A DNA stretch of 35,670 nucleotides, taken from positions 1 to 35,670 of IMG/VR virus record IMGVR_UViG_3300049712_000017; one strand, given 5' to 3'. The translations under genes were made by a program, and so were the position numbers. This DNA comes from a virus. Taxonomy: Duplodnaviria > Caudoviricetes. Shown one piece after another: positions 27,155 through 34,400 of this stretch (its first letter is position 1; the number at the start of each line of letters is the position of its first letter). Below the pieces are notes generated by a model. It saw only the letters and a list, made by a program, of their open reading frames with translations. It was not told the origin of the DNA and searched no databases.

Positions 27155-27364
27155 CTACGGGTTCGGGAAGAATCCGTTCCTTCGGTCAATGTCATGAGCA
27201 AGCAACCATGAATGGGGTCCCCGACACTTGCAATGCAATCTATTGAACGAGCAGTCTTCGCACTTAAGACGACCACCAGAACGCTTTTCATGTAAAAATG
27301 CATTATGACGAAGCCATGTCTGCCAACTAATATGATCGAAGGGCCGGCAATCTATCATGTCCAT
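27155..27364 (-). CDS. Small Cys-rich protein, PxTW family
   Basis: CEDC...CKCRGPHSWLLA. Confidence 0.6.
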   Translation of the reverse strand: MDMIDCRPFDHISWQTWLRHNAFLHEKRSGGRLKCEDCSFNRLHCKCRGPHSWLLAHDIDRRNGFFPNP

Positions 27365-27561
27365 ACCGTTTTGGGAATTCTTTCCAATTCTTTCTTCAAG
27401 TCCCCGTCATTTATAACTGCCACCCAAGTTATGGGTCCACCGCACCAACATGCCATTCGGGAGCAATTATCACATCGGCTGCGGGAAATGTGCTGTGACC
27501 CAGGAATTAGTATGGTGAATATCATGTAGGAGCGAATGTGCCTACACTCTATTAACTTCAT
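27355..27561 (-). CDS. Small Cys-rich protein, PxTW family
   Basis: Start at the ATGA-coupled MKLIEC; CDNC...CWCGGPITWVAV. Confidence 0.6.
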   Translation of the reverse strand: MKLIECRHIRSYMIFTILIPGSQHISRSRCDNCSRMACWCGGPITWVAVINDGDLKKELERIPKTVWT

Positions 27562-27803
27562 ATGTTTATCTCTGTGTCTTGGATTGTCTGCACAATGAAG
27601 AACCATGTGTGGACTATGGGGCACAGGCAGTTATAGACCTGCCTGTGGCAAATACCGCAATCTTCCTTATGCGCTATCGCGCCCTGCATTGTAAGGAGAT
27701 GGCTGGCAATGATCCTGAAATGGAACACGTGGTCGTCATCGGCCATGAGTAGACCAAGGTGGTTGGGCCTTGCTAATACGTTTCTACCTTGTAAGACTGC
27801 CAT
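27558..27803 (-). CDS. Small Cys-rich protein, PxTW family variant
   Basis: Start at MAVLQG (RBS GAGGT); CGIC...CLCPIVHTWFFI. Confidence 0.6.
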   Translation of the reverse strand: MAVLQGRNVLARPNHLGLLMADDDHVFHFRIIASHLLTMQGAIAHKEDCGICHRQVYNCLCPIVHTWFFIVQTIQDTEINI

Positions 27804-27819
27804 ATCTACCTCAAATAGA

Positions 27820-27927
27820 AAGGGACAGGGAACAAATTCCCCATCCCTTCCAAGAACGGTCCCGTACGTACCGCAATGTAATATCAATCTACCTAGGTCG
27901 CCTACGACTGCGGGCTACGGCCCGTTC
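27820..27927 (-). ncRNA. Candidate structured RNA: long bulged hairpin plus 13-bp hairpin
   Basis: Nested pairings GAACGG/CCGTTC, CCGTA/TACGG, CCGCAGT/ATTGCGG and GTAG/TTAC, then AAGGGATGGGGAA/TTCCCTGTCCCTT. Non-canonical pairs are G-U only on the minus strand. Confidence 0.5.
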
Positions 27928-27961
27928 GACTGAGCATGCCTGGATTCACAGTAATCATTCC

Positions 27962-28141
27962 CTATTTCTGTAACAATATATCTTCGTCAAAAAAGTCCAA
28001 AATACGTACTACGAACACCGGCTTCTCTTCATCTTTTTCCCTTACCCATGCAAGGGCGTTACTTCGGGGCAATGACGTTGCCGAGCGCATGAAGCCGTCT
28101 AAGCCTAGCGTATCCACTACTATCCAGGTCTTTACGGTCAT
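27962..28141 (-). CDS. Hypothetical protein
   Basis: MTVKTWIVV...; RBS GGAGAG. Confidence 0.55.
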   Translation of the reverse strand: MTVKTWIVVDTLGLDGFMRSATSLPRSNALAWVREKDEEKPVFVVRILDFFDEDILLQK

Positions 28142-28322
28142 CGCTCTCCATCTCACAGGTCGTTTCTGTAATAGATGAAGACAGTATAGCCCATGTCATA
28201 GGGAATTTTTGCTGAGATGAGCCAAAAAATACAACTCTTGACAACCGTATAGAACTTGTTTGTTGTATAGAAGAGATGCTCGGCATCGCTAGCATTGGTC
28301 TGCGGGTTAGGTCTATAGTCAT
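28059..28322 (-). CDS. Small protein, PxTW family
   Basis: ATGA-coupled start MTIDLTRR; contains FPMTWAIL. Confidence 0.5.
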   Translation of the reverse strand: MTIDLTRRPMLAMPSISSIQQTSSIRLSRVVFFGSSQQKFPMTWAILSSSITETTCEMESDDRKDLDSSGYARLRRLHALGNVIAPK

Positions 28323-28483
28323 CCAGTCGCTCTCCGGCAAGCATCGCCTAGTCGTTCATAATCCTGCATGGCGACCTCTATCCAGTCACCTTGGCCCTTG
28401 CGAAACCTTAACGACAACTTGGTTGCCGCCTCATAAACTTCTTCTAACCGAGTAATACGTTCGTGCATTTCATCACTAGACAT
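28319..28483 (-). CDS. Hypothetical protein (54 aa)
   Basis: Not in the track: MSSDEMHERITRLEEVYEAATKLSLRFRKGQGDWIEVAMQDYERLGDACRRATG. TAATG and ATGA couplings. Confidence 0.65.
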   Translation of the reverse strand: MSSDEMHERITRLEEVYEAATKLSLRFRKGQGDWIEVAMQDYERLGDACRRATG

Positions 28484-28686
28484 TAGATGATCAACCTCGC
28501 TGTTGGTTCAACGGCCATAAGAACCCATGTGGCGGGAGCAGGATACCAGGCTCGCTGCTGACACCAGCAATTTAGGATATCATACGTATCGGTATATTCC
28601 TTCCCATAATCATCACATGCTTTACAAAATATGTACGCCTTCTCGCGAGATTTTCTTTGAATGGTGGCGAACGGCTTCGACGGCAT
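28483..28686 (-). CDS. Small Cys-rich protein, PxTW family
   Basis: CKAC...CWC...APATWVLM. Confidence 0.6.
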   Translation of the reverse strand: MPSKPFATIQRKSREKAYIFCKACDDYGKEYTDTYDILNCWCQQRAWYPAPATWVLMAVEPTARLII

Positions 28687-28694
28687 GCTAGAAT

Positions 28695-28838
28695 TCAATA
28701 GTCCTTTGGACGATAAAGGCTTAAGCAGGTTTCACACCAAGCACATCGAATACCATTCTTCGTAAGAATCGGCGGCTTTAAACCGCACTTGATGCATAAA
28801 TTGATGTACTTGTGGGAAACTTTAGGCTTATCATGCAT
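28695..28838 (-). CDS. Small Cys-rich protein (47 aa)
   Basis: Not in the track: MHDKPKVSHKYINLCIKCGLKPPILTKNGIRCAWCETCLSLYRPKDY. Confidence 0.45.
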   Translation of the reverse strand: MHDKPKVSHKYINLCIKCGLKPPILTKNGIRCAWCETCLSLYRPKDY

Positions 28839-28842
28839 GATA
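28829..28842. promoter_or_regulatory. Perfect 14-bp palindrome (candidate operator)
   Basis: TATCATGCATGATA at a divergent junction. Confidence 0.35.
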
Positions 28843-28872
28843 TTGTTTAGACGGTTGAAGGGAGGTAATCAT

Positions 28873-29121
28873 ATGCCCCATCCACACTTTAATGAATCAC
28901 CTGAGGAAGTAGAGCGCAATGCCACCGAAGCGGCACCCGCTCCAAACCCTGAGGCTGATGCTACGGAGACTGAGGAAAAGAATGCTAATGACGCTCGTAA
29001 CAGGGCTGGCGTTCGTTCTTCCGATGCCACCGTTCAGCCGGATACCAACGCTACTGTTGACGGTCAGCCTGTAGAGGCCGACAATCAGATTGGCGATGCT
29101 GGCGGTTCTAACGACGAGTAA
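28873..29121 (+). CDS. Acidic, probably disordered protein
   Basis: Start reassigned to MPHPHF (RBS GGGAGGT); rich in D/E/N/A; has its own terminator. Confidence 0.75.
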   Translation: MPHPHFNESPEEVERNATEAAPAPNPEADATETEEKNANDARNRAGVRSSDATVQPDTNATVDGQPVEADNQIGDAGGSNDE

Positions 29122-29148
29122 TCATTCCCAACTTGTAACCGACCATTT

Positions 29149-29175
29149 AAGGGACCCTTTCGGGGGTCCCTTTTT
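29149..29175 (+). terminator. Rho-independent terminator
   Basis: GGGACCCT-TTCG-GGGGTCCC-TTTTT. Confidence 0.85.
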
Positions 29176-29299
29176 ATGTCACTAATAGCCAAGTTGTTGG
29201 CGGAGGACAACGACAGTCAATGGCGGGTTTTCCACAACAATCCACGTCAAGGCTATGATGGACATTGTAACGGAGATAGAGATATTGTCCAAAATACAT
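29174..29299 (-). CDS. Small Cys-rich protein, PxTW family (start uncertain)
   Basis: ...CCGKPAIDCRCPPPTTWLLVT. The frame is open further upstream; the track start at 29524 overlaps the methyltransferase. Confidence 0.5.
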   Translation of the reverse strand: MYFGQYLYLRYNVHHSLDVDCCGKPAIDCRCPPPTTWLLVT

Positions 29300-29384
29300 G
29301 TCATCAATGCCAAGTGAATAAGAAACCCATTCATCTACAGAAGGAATGTCACCCCACCAGTCGATTTGTTCATGTGGCGTCCAC

Positions 29385-30101
29385 TCAGCCAGTTCTGATA
29401 CGTTTTGTGGCAAGGTCGATGTACTCTTGGCTGGTATCGTAGCCGACCCAACGCCTGCCAGTCTGACGCGCAGCCAGACAAGTAGTACCACTGCCGCAAA
29501 AAGGATCAAGTACAAGGTCATCATGGTAAGTATACAGTTCTATGAATCTCTTTGGAAGTTCTACGGGAAACGGGGCTGGGTGACCGATACGTTTTGCGGA
29601 CTCCGGCTGAATGTTCCATACTGAAAGTGTGTTCTGCATGAAGTCTTCGCCAGAGATAGTCGACTTTCCCTTACGGTTCTTCTTAAAGTCGCCCTTAGAG
29701 AACACCAAGCAATACTCATGCACGTCACGAATGGTAGGATTGGATGCACTCTTCCACGACCCCCAGGCCGTAGAGTTGTTCTTTCCGTTACCCTTCACCC
29801 AAATTATCTCTCCGCGCTGCAAAAATCCAAGTATATCTAGCATGCGGTTAATGTGACTTGCAAAAGGTACATATGGAGTTCTTCCGAGATTAGCCACGTT
29901 AATCACCATTCGTCCACCATGTTCAAGGACTCTGTGACACTCCATAAAAACCTCTTGTAACATAGCCAAATGACGGTCGTATGGAACCCCTGTGTCATAG
30001 TCCATGCCTACGTTGTAGGGCGGGCTTGTCACAACGAGTGAGACAGAATTATCTGCCAGTTCAGGCATCTTAGAAGACGAGTGACAATACAACTTGTTCA
30101 C
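29385..30101 (-). CDS. DNA amino-methyltransferase (N4-C/N6-A, beta class)
   Basis: VTSPPY catalytic motif before HPAPFP and DPFCGSGTT (SAM binding). Start taken at GTG 30101. Confidence 0.9.
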   Translation of the reverse strand: MNKLYCHSSSKMPELADNSVSLVVTSPPYNVGMDYDTGVPYDRHLAMLQEVFMECHRVLEHGGRMVINVANLGRTPYVPFASHINRMLDILGFLQRGEIIWVKGNGKNNSTAWGSWKSASNPTIRDVHEYCLVFSKGDFKKNRKGKSTISGEDFMQNTLSVWNIQPESAKRIGHPAPFPVELPKRFIELYTYHDDLVLDPFCGSGTTCLAARQTGRRWVGYDTSQEYIDLATKRIRTG

Positions 30102-30345
30102 TTGAAAATTCCTCTTTATCTTGTAGGACTGCAACCCAGGTATTAGGAACCTCTATTGCCATACTCTTCTTAAAAAAGAAGATACTGGCTGCATCCGCTC
30201 CACTGACGTTACTATACACATATAGCCTGAGAGCACGTATTGGATGGGATGGCATCTTCTGTGTTGGCAACAACTTAGCGGATACGTCCATAGGCGACCC
30301 ACAACTGCACGGAGAAGGCCAACAAAAGCACTTACTCATAGACAA
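30070..30345 (-). CDS. Small protein, PxTW family
   Basis: CFC...CSC N-terminus; VPNTWVAV. Confidence 0.55.
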   Translation of the reverse strand: MSMSKCFCWPSPCSCGSPMDVSAKLLPTQKMPSHPIRALRLYVYSNVSGADAASIFFFKKSMAIEVPNTWVAVLQDKEEFSSEQVVLSLVF

Positions 30346-30409
30346 ACGACACTAGGGGATTGTCCTTGTGTGAAATAGAACTGCATCCGGCTGAAACCCA
30401 GGTATTAGG
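30133..30409. repeat. 15-bp direct repeat AACCCAGGTATTAGG (30133-30147 and 30395-30409)
   Basis: Exact repeat encoding PNTWV on the minus strand in two adjacent ORFs. Confidence 0.75.
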
Positions 30410-30568
30410 CAACTCAAATGTTGACTGACCTCCATCTCCGCGCCTAACCTTCCTTGAATAAGAATTGCTTGACACGGATAGAGCCCTTCGAAGTTCTGGA
30501 TATATGGTGAAGTTACGAACACCCTTACGAACACCCTTATACAACTTTCTTTGTGCTGACTTACCCAA
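30332..30568 (-). CDS. Small basic protein, PxTW family
   Basis: LPNTWVSA. Confidence 0.55.
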   Translation of the reverse strand: MGKSAQRKLYKGVRKGVRNFTIYPELRRALSVSSNSYSRKVRRGDGGQSTFELPNTWVSAGCSSISHKDNPLVSFVYE

Positions 30569-30773
30569 AAGAGAAGTCTCCGTAAGACTGTACCAGTTCT
30601 AGTACCTCATGATACTTGCCTGCCTGCATGTAGTCCATAGGTGTGTAGCCATTGAACTTAGGCACAGGCGAGTTAAGCCACAGGACGATTCCTTCGTCCG
30701 TGAGCATCTTAGCAGCCTCTGAAATTATTCTTGGGAGGAAGTTGTCTTCCTGTCCCTGGTCAACCATAGTCAT
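30561..30773 (-). CDS. Xre/MbcA/ParS antitoxin toxin-binding domain protein (DUF2384-like)
   Basis: 'WLNSPVPKFNGYTPMDYMQAGKYHEVLELV' matches the W...P...L.G..P......G....V pattern. Confidence 0.75.
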   Translation of the reverse strand: MTMVDQGQEDNFLPRIISEAAKMLTDEGIVLWLNSPVPKFNGYTPMDYMQAGKYHEVLELVQSYGDFSFG

Positions 30774-31135
30774 ATTATCTCATCCTTAAAGAACTCTACA
30801 GTTCCAGTAAGTTCTAACTCATCACCCGGCATTATCGCTATGGGTGCTAACGCTACTTCTGTATAACAGCCGTTGTCTGCAACGATATAGTAACCATGTA
30901 CTACACATGCGTCATTAAACGACCAATTGGAGTCTATCTCCGTTATGAATTTATTGATGCCACATCGTTCTAGATAAATTATCTTGGGTGGTATGCCATC
31001 TGTGTTTTGTCCCGCTAAGTATAGGGCTGCCTGACAAACAACATCGGTAGGTCTAACCCACGTATGAGGTAATTCACTAAGTTGCGCAATAATGTGGCGT
31101 AACTTACGGTAATTCTCAGCCTGATTCGCCTTCAA
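30770..31135 (-). CDS. Hypothetical protein with an N-proximal PxTW motif
   Basis: LPHTWVRP; ATGA coupling downstream. Confidence 0.55.
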   Translation of the reverse strand: MKANQAENYRKLRHIIAQLSELPHTWVRPTDVVCQAALYLAGQNTDGIPPKIIYLERCGINKFITEIDSNWSFNDACVVHGYYIVADNGCYTEVALAPIAIMPGDELELTGTVEFFKDEII

Positions 31136-31415
31136 GATCGGTAGACCCTCCTAGTTCAATCTGACGCAAGAGATTATCTATTGCTCCTGCCTCAGGTGAA
31201 CCACCTTCGCCCCATCCGGCGTGTAGTTCAAACTCTGTGAGGGCTACACGAAGGCGTGAGGCGAGAACAGGTAGATGGGCTGCATCACCATCCACCTGTC
31301 TCACCAAATTCCACGCCTGTTCAACAACCTGCATCATGCAGTCCCATGCAGGACGTGGAATAGCCAGGTAGCCTTCTTCATTATCCATGTTCGACATATC
31401 GTCACATTGTATCAC
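31116..31415 (-). CDS. Hypothetical protein
   Basis: ORF in the packed operon; start uncertain. Confidence 0.6.
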   Translation of the reverse strand: MIQCDDMSNMDNEEGYLAIPRPAWDCMMQVVEQAWNLVRQVDGDAAHLPVLASRLRVALTEFELHAGWGEGGSPEAGAIDNLLRQIELGGSTDLEGESG

Positions 31416-31602
31416 TTAATACGATAGTCCAGGTGTAAGGAAGTGCCATATCTGGATTACCATATGGAGTTTTAATGTAACCCTCAAACCCTATGATGGT
31501 TAGAAGAAACTTTTCTAGGTATGGAGTGTCGGGATTGTTCCATCCCACGATGTAGCCCGTCTTATACCACTGGTAATTTTTGGGCTTAGTCGCCAAGAAC
31601 AC
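31402..31602 (-). CDS. Small protein, PxTW family
   Basis: LPYTWTIVL near the C-terminus. Confidence 0.55.
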   Translation of the reverse strand: MFLATKPKNYQWYKTGYIVGWNNPDTPYLEKFLLTIIGFEGYIKTPYGNPDMALPYTWTIVLSDTM

Positions 31603-32002
31603 GAACGTTGGGATTGGCCCTGCATTCAGGTTGAGCCAAAATGTATCGCTGGATTACATGAATGGGCTGTACCAACTCGACTAGATCATTGTGCCTGTTA
31701 GGGCCGTCGCTCACGACATTGGCGAGAACGTTGGCTAGGCTTGCTGAAAGTTCAAGCGCACGCTTCTCGTCTGGCGTAAGGCGTGAATACTGTCTAGCCT
31801 TTTCTTGCATGTTCTTGATGTAGGCTGTTATGTCTGTATCAGCCTCACCACGTTCTGCTCTTTCGGCACTCCCTTGGCTGTCCACCTTGATGTATGTCTT
31901 ATTGGTGGTCGTCGTTGGGGTCATCTTATCAATCTCATTGATAGCCTTTTCAATGCCATCAATTACCTTAATCAAGAAGCCTTCTAGATCAAATTTCGCC
32001 AT
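31586..32002 (-). CDS. Hypothetical protein
   Basis: 138 aa; RBS GAGGA. Confidence 0.65.
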   Translation of the reverse strand: MAKFDLEGFLIKVIDGIEKAINEIDKMTPTTTTNKTYIKVDSQGSAERAERGEADTDITAYIKNMQEKARQYSRLTPDEKRALELSASLANVLANVVSDGPNRHNDLVELVQPIHVIQRYILAQPECRANPNVRVLGD

Positions 32003-32141
32003 TATGGTTATCCTCTAAACGCGTTATGATGTTTTGAATATCGAACTCTACCTTGAACAATCTGCTATCGAACCAGATCAACACGAACATGTTGAGTACC
32101 AAGATTAGCAGAATAAATGCAATCAAAAACAATACAGCCAT
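31989..32141 (-). CDS. Small membrane protein (50 aa)
   Basis: Not in the track: MAVLFLIAFILLILVLNMFVLIWFDSRLFKVEFDIQNIITRLEDNHNGEI. RBS GAGGT. Confidence 0.65.
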   Translation of the reverse strand: MAVLFLIAFILLILVLNMFVLIWFDSRLFKVEFDIQNIITRLEDNHNGEI

Positions 32142-32150
32142 TTCTACCTC

Positions 32151-33050
32151 TTAGAATAAGACGGACTTGATAAGTGCTTCTGCTAACTGTGGTGGTATAG
32201 CGTTTCCAACCTGTCGGAACTGCTGCCTCTTGTTGCCATGGACTTGGAAGTCTGGTCGAAAGCCTTGCAACACAAGTGCTTCTTCTAGTGTAATATGGAA
32301 GCCGTCATTTCTGGACTTCTTCCTACCATTGAAGCGATTTGCATTCGTGCCCGGATCAGTTAACAGCGGCCTTCCAGCAATTGTGGTGGCCGGTCGAAAA
32401 AACACCCAATGAGGATCAACTTCTCCACACTGAGATTGATCGTTGCGACGGTCCCTAATCCAATCCTTGGGAGGATACCAGCCATTATTATGCCAATCAT
32501 GTATCTCGTTTAAGCCTTCCATAACGGAAACCCACGATCCAAGGTGTTTGCTGTGAGTCGGCTCAGTTAGTGTTATCGGGCTGCTAAGTCTGGCAAGCAA
32601 CACAGCCCTACGTCTTGCTTGCGGAGTACCGTAATCGGCTGCATTGACTACACCTGTCCACGTGTGGTAACCCCACTCCCGCAAGTTGACAGCGATCTTC
32701 TCCCAAGCCTTCAAAGCGGGCACAACTTGCTCCATGCAGACCCAACCAGGAAGTAATCTTTCGATCCACGCCTCCGTAGCCCAAACCAGTTTTCCTCTTG
32801 CTGAGGTTATGTCCCCTTTAGCAAGTCTCGACCAGTCCTGGCATGGAGGCGAAGCAACTAAGCCCTCAGTTGAATTCATTGTTACAGTCAAGTTGCTAAG
32901 ATCGTGCAGTCTTGTTGGGTGCCCCACAAGATCACGTGTCTGGCACACGATAGGATCATTCTCTATCCCAAGGTGGGTCAAGCCCATCTTATCAAGAGCA
33001 ACTCCCCAACCACCTATGCCTGCGAACAGGTCAAGAACGTCGTAGGTCAT
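32151..33050 (-). CDS. DNA (cytosine-5)-methyltransferase
   Basis: Motif I DLFAGIGG, IV SPPCQ, VI EQV, VIII QARRR, X QVGNAIPP. Confidence 0.92.
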   Translation of the reverse strand: MTYDVLDLFAGIGGWGVALDKMGLTHLGIENDPIVCQTRDLVGHPTRLHDLSNLTVTMNSTEGLVASPPCQDWSRLAKGDITSARGKLVWATEAWIERLLPGWVCMEQVVPALKAWEKIAVNLREWGYHTWTGVVNAADYGTPQARRRAVLLARLSSPITLTEPTHSKHLGSWVSVMEGLNEIHDWHNNGWYPPKDWIRDRRNDQSQCGEVDPHWVFFRPATTIAGRPLLTDPGTNANRFNGRKKSRNDGFHITLEEALVLQGFRPDFQVHGNKRQQFRQVGNAIPPQLAEALIKSVLF

Positions 33051-33261
33051 TTTCCCTGGTGATCTGCTGCGCTAGGAACACAAACCACGAACCGGTGGGG
33101 CATTCCTTGTGCATAAACCCGCCTGTCGTAAAGTAGAACGGTCCATGCTTCCACGTAGGAAGAACAATGTTGACTCCACATCTAAGACAGTCTGTTGCTA
33201 GCCGCATAATTCCTCCTGTGGTGAGTTGTGCCGGGACAGCCCAACTAAGCCATCCCGGCAC
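33031..33261 (-). CDS. Small Cys/His protein, PxTW family variant
   Basis: CLRC...HKECPTGSWFVFL. Confidence 0.5.
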   Translation of the reverse strand: MPGWLSWAVPAQLTTGGIMRLATDCLRCGVNIVLPTWKHGPFYFTTGGFMHKECPTGSWFVFLAQQITRENDLRRS

Positions 33262-33267
33262 AAATGA

Positions 33268-33555
33268 TTAGCCCTTGTTGACGATCAAGCGGTACTTGGT
33301 AGTACCGTTGACAACCTTGGAGATAACGGTGTGTCCACCGAACTCAGGCTGACGGAAGTAGCGACGGTAGCGAGTCGCCGTGTCTACGGGAACGTTGGCT
33401 GCGGCAGCCAGTTCCTCGTTGGAGAGCCAACGGCCTGACTTAGCAGCCTTGAACACTCGTCCAATGCCACCATTGAAGAAGCGATCCGTACGGGGCTTAA
33501 CAGCCTTCCTCGACCGAGGAAGAGTGGAAGTATTACTCAATGTGGTTCCTTTCAT
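33268..33555 (-). CDS. HTH DNA-binding protein
   Basis: 'WLSNEELAAAANVPVDTATRYRRYFRQPEFGGHTV'; has its own consensus promoter. Confidence 0.65.
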   Translation of the reverse strand: MKGTTLSNTSTLPRSRKAVKPRTDRFFNGGIGRVFKAAKSGRWLSNEELAAAANVPVDTATRYRRYFRQPEFGGHTVISKVVNGTTKYRLIVNKG

Positions 33556-33590
33556 AATTCCATCCGACTTCGGATGGACGGTAATTCGGT

Positions 33591-33619
33591 ACGATACAGC
33601 ATGTGGAAGATTTTGTCAA
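33591..33619 (-). promoter_or_regulatory. Sigma-70/SigA-type promoter
   Basis: TTGACA-N17-TATCGT with extended TG. Confidence 0.7.
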
Positions 33620-33627
33620 GGGATTTT

Positions 33628-33852
33628 TCAATCCAAGACTTGCCAATTTTTCTTGAACGAGTCTACGGTTTTGTATGGACAGGCTCCTGCTCCATACATG
33701 AACTTCTGTAATCCTGTGCGCTCTACTTTTAGAGCGTAGAAGAAAACACCTTCGCTTACTTTTAGGGTGTATTCTTTTCCATGGCGGTAACCAAGTGATC
33801 CATCTTCGCCAACGAATCTAGCCTTGACTAGCATTATTTCGGCCCGCCCCAA
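33628..33852 (-). CDS. Hypothetical protein
   Basis: 'ARFVGEDGSLGYRHGKEY...CPY..V..F..NW'; start probably at MLVKARF. Confidence 0.65.
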   Translation of the reverse strand: MGRAEIMLVKARFVGEDGSLGYRHGKEYTLKVSEGVFFYALKVERTGLQKFMYGAGACPYKTVDSFKKNWQVLD

Positions 33853-34073
33853 GTTGTGCCCTTCTTGCGCTCAGTCCACCATCCATTCGTCCTTAGATAT
33901 TCCCAGGCCCAAAAGACAGATATGAGAAATGCAATATAGGCCATCATTAAAAGCGCACCTACTGGAAGACTCGTAAGTATAACAAAGACGATAAATGAAA
34001 AGACATACAACACTGCACCCATCCAAAGAGCAGTAATGCTATATGCTAAAAATCGTTTCCAAGTCATTACCAT
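33834..34073 (-). CDS. Membrane protein with 2 TM helices
   Basis: Two long hydrophobic segments. Confidence 0.65.
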   Translation of the reverse strand: MVMTWKRFLAYSITALWMGAVLYVFSFIVFVILTSLPVGALLMMAYIAFLISVFWAWEYLRTNGWWTERKKGTTWGGPK

Positions 34074-34225
34074 TTACGTCGATCCAATTTTAGGTTCATT
34101 TCGCGAGTAAACCGCCTACGTATCTTCCACCACCAAAGAGAGCGCCTGAGAGGGCTCCACTTTTTTCTAGGTGGGCGCTTGTATTTCTGCCCTTGTTCGG
34201 GGTCGTAGTTTGGATTAAAAGGCAT
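34067..34225 (-). CDS. Small basic Trp/Arg-rich protein
   Basis: Start reassigned to MPFNPNYD, just after the upstream ORF's stop. Confidence 0.55.
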   Translation of the reverse strand: MPFNPNYDPEQGQKYKRPPRKKWSPLRRSLWWWKIRRRFTREMNLKLDRRKW

Positions 34226-34230
34226 ATTTC

Positions 34231-34398
34231 CTATTCGTGATATTCGGGCAACTTTAGAACGAACGTCCAGGTACGAGGCAATTTGCAACCGCAGCCAAAG
34301 ACACACTTCTCACAATTAATATAGGCATTGTTGCGCCATATGTGTTGGACTATTCTACCAAAAGCGTAGCCCTCCCACCAATCGACAATAGTGAGCAT
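34231..34398 (-). CDS. Small Cys-rich protein, PxTW family (55 aa)
   Basis: Not in the track: MLTIVDWWEGYAFGRIVQHIWRNNAYINCEKCVFGCGCKLPRTWTFVLKLPEYHE. Confidence 0.65.
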   Translation of the reverse strand: MLTIVDWWEGYAFGRIVQHIWRNNAYINCEKCVFGCGCKLPRTWTFVLKLPEYHE

Positions 34399-34400
34399 GT

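Noticed and set aside
28153-28344. Track ORF MLAGERL...
   Set aside because: It competes with the ATGA-coupled frame 28059..28322, which carries the family motif. Not fully excluded.
28763-28792. GCCGATTC as another sigma-28-like promoter
   Set aside because: It falls inside a plausible small Cys-rich ORF, and the ATG that follows opens only an 11-codon frame.
25819-34398. PxTW proteins as true sortase (LPxTG) substrates
   Set aside because: Trp replaces the essential Gly, and there are no signal peptides or full TM helix with a basic tail.
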